Below are positions 48,803 through 60,700 of a stretch of DNA of 64,000 nucleotides, one piece after another. Source of the DNA: Entomortierella parvispora E1425 (lineage: Eukaryota > Fungi > Mortierellomycota); the NCBI GenBank assembly GCA_020891255.1, contig BQFW01000013.1, positions 806,001-870,000 of the forward strand, in the 5' to 3' direction. Below the pieces are notes generated by a model that saw only the letters and a program-made list of their open reading frames with translations, did no database searches and was not told the DNA's origin. The number at the start of each line of letters is the position of its first letter. The first letter of the stretch is position 1. The translations under genes and the position numbers were made by a program.

Positions 48803-49732
48803 CAACCAGAGATACATAAAGCAGGGAAACTTTGCAAGCGAACAACAATTGATCAAAATCGAGGTTTTTTTTCCCAGATTCTTGTGGAACGTGCGTCAAG
48901 ACACGCGTTCTTTTGGACGCGCTCCGATCAAGGACGACAACCCTCTCAGCTGTCCACACGGTCGCCAATTTTTGATCGATGAGATTGATTCTCAAGGACA
49001 TAGCTAGAGGGATGGAAGGAAGGGTTGAAGCAAGGGGGATATCGAAGAAAGGAAGGATGAGTAGAAAACGAGAAAAAAGAAAAAAAAAGGATCTATGAGG
49101 CACGAGAAAAGAAAGGCAAAGACAAGTGCCATATGGAGTCTTTGCTCGCGCGCATGCTCTCCTTTGCCCAGTCGACACCAACAGCAGATTGCATTGTGGC
49201 AACAAAGGGCCAACAGTCTGGACCCCTGCTGCAAGTCACTCAACCAAGGCACTTTCTTCTTCACCATCATGGAAGGGCTATTGTGCCCCCTTCTCGAAGC
49301 CAGAGAGATACACATCTGCCAATGCCATTGCCATTGCCATCTCATCCCTTCGGTGTTCGATTGATCACAAACAACAACCCATGGGCCAATCCAATTTTGA
49401 TGTCAGGGGTAAACGTCCACACAGCACAGAGAGCAAGTTTGTTATCCTGCCACACGGAGGAATTAAGCGGAGGAATGGAATGATCTTTGGCACGCGCCTC
49501 CTACTGGCATTCGTTCAGGCGCTAGACACTAAATCTCTAAGACCTATAAGTGCCGAGACCTTCATCAAAGAGCAGTGCCATCCTTTGTCGTAAATCGACA
49601 GCCGAGGTCGGTTGCTGCGCTGGCGTTCTCTAAAGTATCTGATCACTCTCTCAATGATAGATATTGCCCTTGGGCTGTAAAGCCCCGTCATCCCTTCCCC
49701 AAGTCTTCAACCGCCTCTCGAAGACTTTTGCC

Positions 49733-49911
49733 ATGACAGCTGCTACCCCACCCCTGGCGACAGAGACATCTAACTCTTCCGGAGCCAAGAAAAAGTCGAT
49801 CTTCTCGCTTTTCTCCAAGAAGAAAGCCACCTTCCCGTTGCAACTCATGGTCAACAGAGCAATCCTAGCAGCAACTCCACGGTCGCCGCTGCAGCCTCAT
49901 CTGCAAGAAGA
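49733..49911 (+). pseudogene. 5' remnant of the NACHT gene (copy of 2295-2126)
   Basis: MTAATPPLATETSNSSGAKKKSIFSLFSKKK vs MTVGTPPLATETPHSSVGKKKSIFSLFSKKR; 1-nt frameshift, then similarity stops abruptly. Confidence 0.85.
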
Positions 49912-50054
49912 AACCTCAAGGCATGTATGAAGAGGCGGTCATTGTTTCACCCAAGACGGAACAGATTGAGGAATGAAATAGGGTACCCGCAAAATAGGGT
50001 GATCGCCGCCATCTCGATTGATTTTTTTTTCTTTTTTTTTGCTTTGTGGCCAAT

Positions 50055-50395
50055 CTTTTCTTGCATTCCTTCTGCATTCCTTCTTCATTCATCCCTCATT
50101 CGTCTCTCCTCCTCTCTTCGCTCCTTTCCTCTTCTTCATCCACTGTGTCGCTTTAGCTCCCTTCATCCCATTTGCAATGACAGGTAGCGTGTGCAGTAAT
50201 GCATGAACCAAGTGCATACCAAGTCAAGTCCAGAGAAACTCATTCCTTCTCTTTCTTTCGTTCGTTTCTCCTTGAAAAATGTCCGCTCTGACCCCCAGTC
50301 AGGAGCACTACCTCAAAAAGTACCTTATCGGCGCTCTCATCAACAACGAACTCACCTTCTTTAGAAGAACCCTTTTGACCTCAAGGAAGGGGGCA
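50055..50395 (+). pseudogene. 5' remnant of the PX gene (promoter/5' UTR, ATGACAG exon, intron, start of exon 2)
   Basis: CCCATTTGCAATGACAGGTAGCGTG matches 18925-18900; LTPSQEHYLKKYLIGALINNEL; internal deletion and truncation. Confidence 0.9.
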
Positions 50396-51864
50396 GAGCA
50401 GATCACATCAGGGTCAAGGTCGAGAAAGGAGAGGGACGGAAAGACCTGCAATCAAGCAAGCAAGCAAGTTGGAAGGAGACACGCGAAAGCCCCTTTTCAT
50501 ATCCCACCCACCGTCCCTGTTCATCTTGCTCCCCTTCTCATAATCACGCTCGACTCTCCTTTACTCTCATGTTTACCTCAACATTCGACCTCAACAGCCA
50601 GCCGTCCTTTGTCTTTGCCTCATCTACAAGACCGATGCCATGCATGCATACCCGCCCTTGATCAAGGACTTTCTCCAAAGCCCCTTCTACCCATCCAGTC
50701 AGGTGTACTCCGCCAGTGTTGCTCTTACCTGGCATCCAGTCCGTGCTTCATTCTGCCTTTGTGCATCGTGCAGGCTGATGGACTGGTTAGAAAATGTAAG
50801 TCGACGACGCAAATCAGTTTATTAATCAAAACTCGTTCATCCATGTCCTTCAACATTAGCATGAACTCGACAGCAGGAAATCTGTTTGATCTTCAGTAGT
50901 CAGGAGGAGCTCAACCTTGCCACGCGAACATATGGATGGTCTGGACAAACATCGATAGGCAGCTGGTAAGGTTGGTGAAGAAGGATTCTGCATGAAGGAC
51001 TTTGTGAGTTTCATTCAGTGCCCGACATTGCTTTCATCGGATAGCAGCTGCTTGACCTGGACATGGAGAGAGATACACCTCACTCTAAAATGATCTGTTC
51101 TCTGTTGTTCATACCGACCTTTCGCCTGGGGCTGACTGCGACTAGTAAGACTGGAGCTTGGTCATGATCAGTAGCAATCCTCTCGAGGACAAGGTCAAGT
51201 TTTATACACCAGTCATGGATATGAAGTATACGTTGTAAGCGTGTTGGACTAAAGCGGCGAGCATTAAGCGGCTCGCTCTTTATTCTAACTCGGTCTTTTA
51301 GGATCACCTCTAGTGAACAATCAGGACCTGGATATCATGGGAGTGTCACTGCCATATTCTTGGACCATAGGGATATCGGGCCACCAGAGACATGAAAGGC
51401 GAGTGTAACTGTTCTCGTCTGTCGTGGGATCCAGGACACACACACGTCCGAGTTTTAGGCTTGGTCCATTGGTTGTGTCATCGATCCTTCTCAGGATCTT
51501 GGTGTTAAGCCAGCCGTTTGCCATTTCGTTAATCTTTTGGTTCTCTGGACTTCAAACGATCGAAAGGCTGATACTTTATCACTCTACATGAATGCCGCAG
51601 CCAAGACTTTCTTGATTTACTGGGGTTTGCAGAAGCAGTGATAGTGATGAGGACTCATAATCGCTTTCAGCGAGGCTGGTTCCTGGCAGATACCTGATTT
51701 CAACCAAGAAAGTGAAGGGATGAATAAAGACGAGGCGTCGGTTAACTTAACCCTGCCGCGTCATCTGAAAGTCGCCCTGTGGCAAGGAAGATATTGGTTG
51801 ATTGCTCAGAAGAAACAAAGCGCCTAGGTTTCTCCTTCAAAAAACTTGCTCTTTGGCATTTTGC

Positions 51865-52025
51865 TTAGCCATTACAGAGGCTAAGCTAGATTGATTAGCC
51901 ATTACAGAGGCTAAGCTAGATTGATTAGCCATTACAGAGGCTAAGCTAGATTGATTAGCCATTACAGAGGCTAAGCTATATTTTTTAGCCATTACTTAGA
52001 GGCTAAGCTAGATTGATTAGCCATT
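51865..52025 (+). repeat. 30-bp minisatellite, ~5.3 copies, each with an internal TTAGCC/GGCTAA palindrome
   Basis: Unit TTAGCCATTACAGAGGCTAAGCTAGATTGA; three perfect copies, two variant copies and a partial. Confidence 0.95.
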
Positions 52026-52514
52026 CCTTAAACGACAGCAACCCCCGATTACTGGTGCACTGTTTGAATTTCAAGAGTGACAGTGGACATGTCCATAACC
52101 TCGAGCAGAAGCTGTCCCATTTCTGTCTTGTAGTCTTGCGGTCCTTTGGCGTAAAAGCGGTCATTGTTCGGATGTCCCTTCCATTTCGCCAATTAAGTTG
52201 GCTGGTAAAGAGGTGTGTGCACGCCTGGGGCAAAACTGAATCAAGGTCATGCCGTTGAAGGTATCTGGGGGTGCAGCGATTGCACTTCTGAAGCTGCTGC
52301 TGGGGCAGCGACTGAAGATGTCGCGTCCATGTTGGTCGTTCGTGAAGTCTTTGAGTGGAGTAATGTCAAAGGAAAGGAGGCAAGACTTGTTGTATGGCGC
52401 CAAAATGTACGGAGGCGCGGCGCGAGCACTGCCGCACGCGTCTGCGGCGCGTTTGAGGAGATTTTTTTGCTTCCACTTCTTTCATTCATTCATCACTTCC
52501 TCCATTCATCTGCT

Positions 52515-54292
52515 ATGTTGCACCCGCTAGAGATCTGTTCGAGGTCAGGGACAATGTTGCCGAGTTTTTGACCCGCCATGACCTCACCATCTGAGCACGG
52601 GTCTCCAAGGATTGGAATCGCTCATTCGAACCATGGATTTGGAGACATGTAACATTGTCACCTAATCCTCCATTCATCAAGGGCAGTGTCACCGAGGAGC
52701 TCATCTCATCGACCCTGGCACGCCATGCCTCTTCCATCCACAGCATCGACTTTGAACACCAGCATAAGCCTTCCTTTCAAGACCTCCACTTTCCTCGACT
52801 CTTGTCCCTGACCTATGAACAAAGTCCAAGGCTCGACCCCTTCTTGTCAGACATGATCCGGCAACACCAACAAACCCTCACCTGTCTGACGGTCAAATGT
52901 CCCTACTCTCTCTCCACTAATGACCGCCCTATCTTTTCCTCTCTTCTCTGGAAACAACTGTTGGCGCTGACGGCTCTGAAAGAGCTCTCGGTCAATGTGA
53001 CCCGGGTGGGTTTGGACGACTGGGCTCTAGTGTGGAGGATCTTGTCCTCGCGACTGATCCGTTTGACCTTGAGTTGCGTCCATTTTTTCCATCAAAGAGA
53101 TAAGGCCAGCACAGGGGCAAACCCGTCCAACTTTGAAGTGCTGGATCAAGAAGATGTAGCGTTGTCATCCTTGTCTTTAGGACCACCGTCCTCCGACGCG
53201 ACAACGGAGAGTTCTTTTCAGCAAGCGACGGTGATCCCTACGATCAAAGAATTAAAGGTGGACCAGATCACGGGCAGATCGGCTCACCAGATGTTGGAAT
53301 GGATCCAATCGTGTCTCCAGCTAAGGTCCTTGACATGGATTCCAGGGTATGATCAAACCCACTGGGAACCTCTATTTTCGCCCCTGGCGATCTTGATGAG
53401 CGATATTGAACGTCTACCAGAGCTGACATTCCTAGAGGTGGAGGATGATGATCACCGTCCGAATGAGATGTTGACGTTCTTGATGACGAGGACCCCCGGA
53501 TTTCGTTTAAAGACAACAGCCACGACGACGGCGACGACGACGACAGCTTCAGCAGCCACCGAATCTGGTTCTCCTTTGCCTGCTTCTGACTCCTTCCGAG
53601 GATTGGATCTCATGAGTGACTCATTTGACGGGCCGTGCTGGCGTTGGATGGCCAGTCATCTTGATTACTTCAAGACGGCCACTGTTATGTACTTTGTGAA
53701 TTGTCTCCTTGTCAGTGGTGCCATGATCCAGGAGATGCTCTGCTCGTTACCGAACCTCATCACGTTTTCAGCCGACATGCTATCCAACACAGACGTTGAG
53801 GCCGATCCTCGACCTTGGGTCTGCTTAAAACTGGAACATTTCCGTGTGAACTGTGCTCTCTCAGGGCCCGCTGCTTCTAACACTCTGACGACTTCCTCTA
53901 CCCCATGGATCCAAGAGGGCCCCACAGCGGACCAGATTCAGACCATGATCCTGTTCTTTCAACGGATTTCCACGCTGAAATACCTCGAAACCCTCGACCT
54001 GCCCAACTACTATCCGGATCACCAGACTGCTTTGGACTTGGATTTCCGATTGGGCCGTGGTTTAGAACTACTGGCGGATCTACAAGGGATGAAGACCCTG
54101 ATCTTTCGATTCTTGAAATCAAATCTGGAAGAGGCAGAGATGGAGTGGATGGCAAAGCATTGGCCGCGCTTGAAAACCTTGGATGGGAGGGTCCATATGA
54201 TCAACGACAAAGATAAAAAAATCCAGGAACACTTCTGGCGTTGCAAACGAAAGGCTTTCCCGAACGCCTCACAGTCATATATCTTGATATAA
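52515..54292 (+). pseudogene. F-box/LRR gene with a disrupted F-box (frameshift + in-frame TGA); downstream ~560 codons remain open
   Basis: ATG 52515 MLHPL, then a 2-nt shift to DLFEVRDNVAEFLTRHDLTI*ARVSKDWNRSFEPWIWRHV with TGA at 52593-52595; body PWVCLKLEHF...LGRGLELLADLQGMKTL...EAEMEWMAKHWPRLK. Confidence 0.75.
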
Positions 54293-54716
54293 GTTTCTGG
54301 ATGAAGACAAGAAAAACTCCATTCAAAATATCAATGATTTCTTTTGCAAGAGACAGAGGACAACAGAGAACTGGATTACTCGGCGAGACTGGCTGTGCCG
54401 CATGAGGTCCACTCTCAGTTTGTAAGAAAAGAAAAAAAAGAGATTTAATGATGACCAACGTCTATGAAAGAGTGAGGTAGAAAATGAGGGGGGAGAAAAA
54501 AAAACAAAGAAATGGGGGATGTCAAATGGCTATGACTCTTGGAAGGGGTCATCTCTGTCCTGGACTGCTACATGGCAGTGGGAGTGAAGAAGGCTTTCAT
54601 TTCTTGTTTGGGTGTGTGCGTGTGTGTGTGGTCATGACAAAAAGGTCCCCCCTTCTGATTCCTTTTTTGCGAACTGAATGAGCCGGAATGCTCAAAGTCT
54701 CCTGCCCATAGCTTGT

Positions 54717-55431
54717 TTATGCCCTGCGAAGAGAGTTGGGACGGATCAACCGCGTCGTGACATCTGGAGGTTGGATCACGATGCTGGAATGACGCCTCAG
54801 ATACAATTCTGGTGCTAATCCCGATCCCGATTCCAAACTGGCAGATGATGCTGGAGCCTCGGTAGGAGTTATTCTCGATTTAAAGACCTTGTTGGGCTCC
54901 ATGACGGCGCCTAGGGCTCTTCGCAAGCCTCGATCCATATATCCCAATCCAACCTGATAACTGGCATTCATCCATCCAAAGCCCTCTCGAGGAATAAACT
55001 TGAAGTCGACACCAACGTTTCCGTATTCAACTTGGACCTTGTGGGTCATGTTCACGACATCAAACTTTTCAGGCACAACTCCATTAAAGTCCACAAATGA
55101 TTTGGTGATCCTAAAAAGAAAAAAAAGCGAAAGATATTAGTCCAATTCTTATGATGAATATGAACAAAGAATGCACAAATTTAAACTTACGTGTACAGCC
55201 AGCGGTAGCATGTCCGCTTGGCCTCCTCCTTGAATCCATATTTTTCGAATCCGATCCACGAGATGATCTGATGAGGTGCCCAGCCAAAGGGGAAATCCCA
55301 TTGACGGTTGGGACGTGCCAGTGTGATGATGCCTCTCGAGGCTTCCGTTCCCGAAACTAGACCTCCAGTGACTTCAAACAGTGGCAATGCTTTGACCCTA
55401 TGATAAGGTACGAGGTTGATTAGTTCCGCTG

Positions 55432-55462
<31 letters not shown>

Positions 55463-57974
55463 TAATTCAACCAGGTGTCATGTGCAGGGATACTCACATC
55501 ATCTTCTCGGCTTTCTCACGATCGGCGCATCCTGACCACATAGTGTAGAAGGTGGTGACACTCTCATAGGTTCCCTGGACCTTGAGACGAGTATCATAAT
55601 CAAAGAACATGCCCCTCTCCTCGTTCCAGCAGAGCTCGTTGATTCTCGCTTGACGAAGACGTGCACGTTCGAACCATTCAGCCGACTGATGCACAGTCGT
55701 CAAAGGTCGGTTCTCCTCAGTCAAACTTGAAGTCTCATAACAGGAAAAGAAAGGAGTCTCGAACGAGTCGCCAAAGATAGTCTGAATGGTCTCTGCAATA
55801 TCCATCTCGTACTTGTACAGCAACGAGTTCAGATCCACGGTAGCAATATCCGCACAGCAGTTATCCAATCGGTAAGTGGTATCATGTCCTGACTCTCTCA
55901 CAGCTCGGTCATGCTTGAAGTAAGTGTCCAGCTCTGGCTCCTCCATTAATCCTTCGTTGTAAAGCCGGCTGTACTCTTCAATGGATAGACCCTTTGCATC
56001 GGCAAAGGGTTTGATGACATGGTCGAAATGAGTCGCCTCGGTCTCTGGAGGCATGCCGACACCCTCACTGTAGAATCGAGAGAGACCCGACTCGGGGTCG
56101 TAACGAGGCTGGGACATCCACACAGTCTGGTACTCCTTGATAGCCGCCGTCAAAGCCACTGCGAGCCATTGTTTGTTCTCAATCTCGAGACTGAAGGGCA
56201 GGCGATCATAGACCTTCAGCATCATGTCTGTCAGGAATGGAGGCTGTGTTCGGGTGAGGTAGTAACTGCGGTTGGCGTTGAGGATCTTTCCATAGTGCTG
56301 AATCTCGTACACGAAATTGTCGACCATGCCCTTGGCCAGCTCCAGGCGACCATCAACCAATAGACCCAAGGACTCGAAATAAGAGTCCCATCCGTACATT
56401 TCGTTGAATCGTCCTCCAGGAACAACAAACGGCACGCCCTTCAGAGTCTCGTGACCAGACTCGTCCACAAACTTGGTCATGGCCAAAGCCAAGATGCCGG
56501 GCTTTTCGTTGATCGACTGAACATACTTTGGTGTGATGACTTCTGGCAGTTGCTCCACATCGAGCTTCAAGTGTGGCTTTTGAGCGCTCACGTTCTTGTA
56601 GTACTCATAGACCTCATCCTCGCCGTAAGGAATGTAGATTCTGGGCGCAGTGTTCTTGGATCGGTTCTTTGGGTCGTTCGAGATCATCTCCAGTCCCTCG
56701 GCATCGATACGACGCGTCAATCCATCCCAGAAATGATGGCGGATCATACGCGAGAGTCGATCCACAGGGTTTTCGTTCAAACGTGCCTCATCCAGAACAA
56801 CATATTTACGTCCATAATCCTGAGCGAGAGAGAGTTCCTGCAACAGGTTGCTGAGCATGTAAGTGCCACGGATGTCGTACTTGTTGAATCCTGCAGAATC
56901 AGCTGTTCCAAGGGTGATGACCTTGGGTCCCATGTCGTTGACAGTAATCTGGAAGTCGCCGTCTGTGTCTTCCTGTTCCAAGATCAGCTTTTGTGTCTCT
57001 TCAACGTCGATGAGGAATCGTCTGGGCTTAGTCGCTTTATCATCTATGTTCGGGATGTGAAAAGATAAGGAGAATTAGACCAATAGCTTCAAACAGGGAT
57101 AGGAAATAAGATAAGGGAACAAGCGGCGATTGAGGATCCGATGTCTCTCTATCTCTCGTTTTGGTGCAGTGGCCACCATCTGAGAACGATTTTTTTTTTT
57201 TGATTTTTGATTTTTTTTTTGTTTGATCTTGTGCTCCTCCACATCTCGTACTAACCATGTGAACCACGGCGTGGTCGTCTGTATTTTGTTGCGGTTTCGG
57301 AATGCGCCATTGGATTATCGCTGCTGGCGCTGTCCATGCTTGCAGGCTTCCGGGACTAAAACAGGAAAGTGATGAACACGAGGAGCAAAAAGAAAGAAAA
57401 AAGAAAAGATCGAGATGTTTGAGGATCGGTGCTCATAGATTGCATCTATCAACCATCTAATTAAAACCCGAAGGATAGGTCTATTGGCACCAGAGTCCAC
57501 TATGCGCAGATGCCCAGGAAAAGGAAAGCATGCAGAGCTGCCGAGAGAGAGACGCCCGAGAAGAAAGGTCTGAACAAAAAATGGCGCCGAAGCTAGAAGG
57601 CGTCCTGATCTGGCAACCTGGTTAATCCACCAGTCAAAGCCTGGCCCTTTCTCCACTGCAGGAGCGCAGCCGTGTTTGACTGACTGAAGGCATAGACAAA
57701 GAGGGAGAAAGGCGTGGAAAGGAAGGCTCGTTATCTCCACAGGAGGGAAAGTACGACGGAAACTTACACTGCCGACGGTTCGGTGGCGACTGACGTAGTT
57801 TGAGCTCGAGTAGTACTCTTTGGCTGGCACGGACTCCACAGGCCGTGCTTCGGCAGGGGTCGTGTGGGTGGAGCCAGTAGTCGAGCTCGAGGAAGGGGGA
57901 GTGGACGAGGCAGCGAAGCGGGGACTGTCAGCCATGCCCATGGTGGATGGACTTTCAATGTTCATCTCTGGCAT
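54717..57974 (-). CDS. NTH1: Neutral trehalase, multi-exon with a ~700-bp first intron
   Basis: RRFLIDVEETQKLILEQEDTDGDFQITVND (Ca-binding), VVPGGRFNEMYGWDSYF, LNANRSYYLTRTQPPFL, RAVRESGHDTTYR, WDFPFGWAPHQI, EGFGWMNASY. Confidence 0.97.
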
Positions 57975-59290
57975 CCGATAATGGAGCGAGAGGACTCTGG
58001 GAGATGCAAAAGAGACAGAAGGGAGGTTGAGTTCTAGTTTGTTGAGAGTGAAGAATGAAGAATGAGGAAAGAAGGATGGAGAAAGGCAAGGAAAGGAATG
58101 AAACAAATGCCAGAGTGAAAGAAAGAAAGAGATTGGATTGAATGAAGAGAGAAGGAAAGGAAAGGAAAGAAAAGAAGAGAGTATGCGCATGCATGACAAG
58201 AAAAGCATGAAAGAATCAAAAGAACAGAAAAGCAGGACCGGACTGGACTGGACCAGACTGGACTGAGGACAGGCAAGAATCAAAAGGGGAACAACGGTCA
58301 AGGGACATGGACAGCATGGCTCTCTCTCTCGCTGTCTCTCTGTCTCTCTTTGGTTTTCTCCTTCCTTCCTGTCTTCCTCCTCTTCCTCTCTTCCTCCTCT
58401 TCCTCTCTTCCTCTTCCTCTCTCGGTTTTGGGACAGGCTGGGACGGGAAACAACACGCGTTCGTCCTTCGTTGCTGGTATGCCTCACCACAAGCCGTTGC
58501 TGCAAGGATCAAGACAGGATGACCGACACTGTCGCCGTGGGTTTAGGTGGGCAGCATTGCGCACTTTCATCCTTTTACTGTTCTCTATTCTCTCTTTTCG
58601 CGCCGAGCCCACCCTTGTTTCGTGTCTGTTGTGGACCACAATGGTCCGCGTCGAGGACAGACCCACCTCTTCCTCCTGTGCAACCAACCTTTTTTTTTTT
58701 TTTTTTTTTTTTTTTCATATTCTCACGCGTCGTCTCCTCTATGTTTGTTTCTATCCGCGTGTTGGATCCAGATGATGTAGTTGACCTCGGTCTATCGGTC
58801 GATCTTCAATGGAGTGTTGTATAACCATGACTCAATTCTGACCAGGTCTTTCATTGCTCTTCCATGTTTCTTTTCCTATAGCTATCCCGGAGAGGACTAG
58901 CATAGATAGGTCCACACTCATCGGGCCTTTTTTTTTTCTCCGTTGACTCGAGGTTCCTCCTCTTCCTCCTCCTCTTCTCTCCGTTTGACCCTTTGACTGT
59001 TTTAGATCTGTCCTGGCTCATGGGAACACTACATAATCCAAGGATCGTATACATTTTTTTACGGGATTTTGAGAGCCGTTGGAGGAGCAGGCACGGATCA
59101 CACCGGAATCGTTTCTTATTTCTTTTTGGTCATATAAGTTATGTTTTATTTCTTTTTCAAACGCTTTGAAAGAGAATCGCAAAAGGCGGGAATGACTCTG
59201 ATCTCGTGCATCTCACAGCTTGGCCGTGGAGAATTTATACGACGACAATGACGGCGACAATGACGGCGACAACGCCTGATGTTGTGTCTG

Positions 59291-60561
59291 TCAATAGAAA
59301 TCGTTGCCTTGCTCCGCAGCCCTGTGCATCCTCGATTCTTCCTCCCACAGCGTCGTGCCATCGCACAGGCAGACCTTCTTTGCGTTCTCAAACACACCCG
59401 CCGATCGAGCCACAATTCCGCAAATGATACCACGACCCGATCCACCATCATCCTTTCCAGAGCTGGCGGCGGAGGACGATGCCGAGGCAAACCGATCCTC
59501 GTTCTCGGTCACCACCACAGATCGTCCAATAATGTCCCAAACCTTCAACCGCCTGGACTCCAACACCAAATCACCCCAACCCTTCTCATCCACCTCAATG
59601 TTGCCCAAATCGCCCACATGACCTGTCTCGGGACTTCCATGTCGGACCTCAGTGGGGTTGAAATGATCGCCCGTCGAAGCAGCTCCCTTGGAAATATCAC
59701 CGAGCTCATGCACATGAATGCCATGTGGACCCGGGGTCAATCCTTGAACCGTCACGTCCACAACACAGGTTTCTTCATTGACTTGCAAGAATCGGACCAG
59801 TCCATAGGGTTTGCCCGTGCCTGGGAACGTCATTCTAGAATCACCGTCTTGCTCCGAGTGAATGTCCAAGATGCAGACCGCTGCACCAGCGTGTGTTCCT
59901 GTGTATACAGAAAAAACGTCATTTTGGAAGAGCAGAAAAGGACGAGAGTTCGCGCGGTTCGGTCGTCAGAGATCGTTTTCTGTTGGCTCGTGAACTGTCA
60001 AGTCAAAGAATCAAGAAGAGAAACACAGTCGTCATACCTTGCGCGACACCGGAACCGCGGACAATGACCATCTTGCCAGTGTTCTTGAGGAGACGCGAGA
60101 TCACAGAAGGAGGGGCTATTTTTTGACATCAGCAAAGAGACAACACGCAACATGTTTAAAATAAGTGAATAGCCCTTCCACGGATCAAACCAAAACTCCC
60201 CCATCAAAGAACCCAAGTGATGGATGGTTCATTGAAAAAAAAAAACAGCGCAGCGCAGATAGAACATTAGTCACCCTCTTCTCCCCTTTCACCCACGCTT
60301 ACCACTGCCTTCTACAACGACGCGCTGCTCCTTGAGGTCCACGTCAAACTTCTTGACGCCTTCAGCACCGGTCAAGACATTGGTCACATCCTTGACACAG
60401 GATTCGCATGTCATTTCAACGGCGAATTCCGTCTGAGGTTGGTCGGAAATAGGTCGGAGGTAAAACGGAACATGGGCGTGTCAGTGCTCATCTTAATCTT
60501 GTATGGTCATGGAAAACAAATGACGCGATGGTCCTACCTTGAAATCTGATGTTTGCACCAT
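59291..60561 (-). CDS. CCS1: Copper chaperone for SOD1
   Basis: MVQTSDFK|TEFAVEMTCESCVKDV (HMA MxCxxC); SOD-like domain HGIHVHELGDIS..STGDHFNP..HVGDLGNI; C-terminal VARSAGVFENAKKVCLCDGTTLWEE. Confidence 0.95.
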
Positions 60562-60700
60562 TGTTGTATGAATATGTGATATAGGTATGGGTACTCGCAA
60601 TGAAGGAAAAGAAGGTAGTTTTAATGAGAAAAGTCCATGCCTTTTTTCTAGGAATGACGTTCCATTTCTAAGCGGAGGTCACGTGGTCTATCTTTTTCTT

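Noticed and set aside
50400-51850. Scattered short ORFs suggesting a decayed gene or transposase
   Set aside because: No recognisable motifs or consistent frame.
11811-55461. Many long poly(A)/poly(T) runs (e.g. 11811-11837, 21634-21664, 22873-22902, 55433-55461)
   Set aside because: They lie in introns or intergenic DNA throughout and show no TSDs; ordinary homopolymers, with lengths possibly affected by sequencing.
57315-58505. 396-aa minus-strand ORF
   Set aside because: Low-complexity CT/GA-rich 5' region and intron of NTH1; only ~57765-57974 is a real exon.
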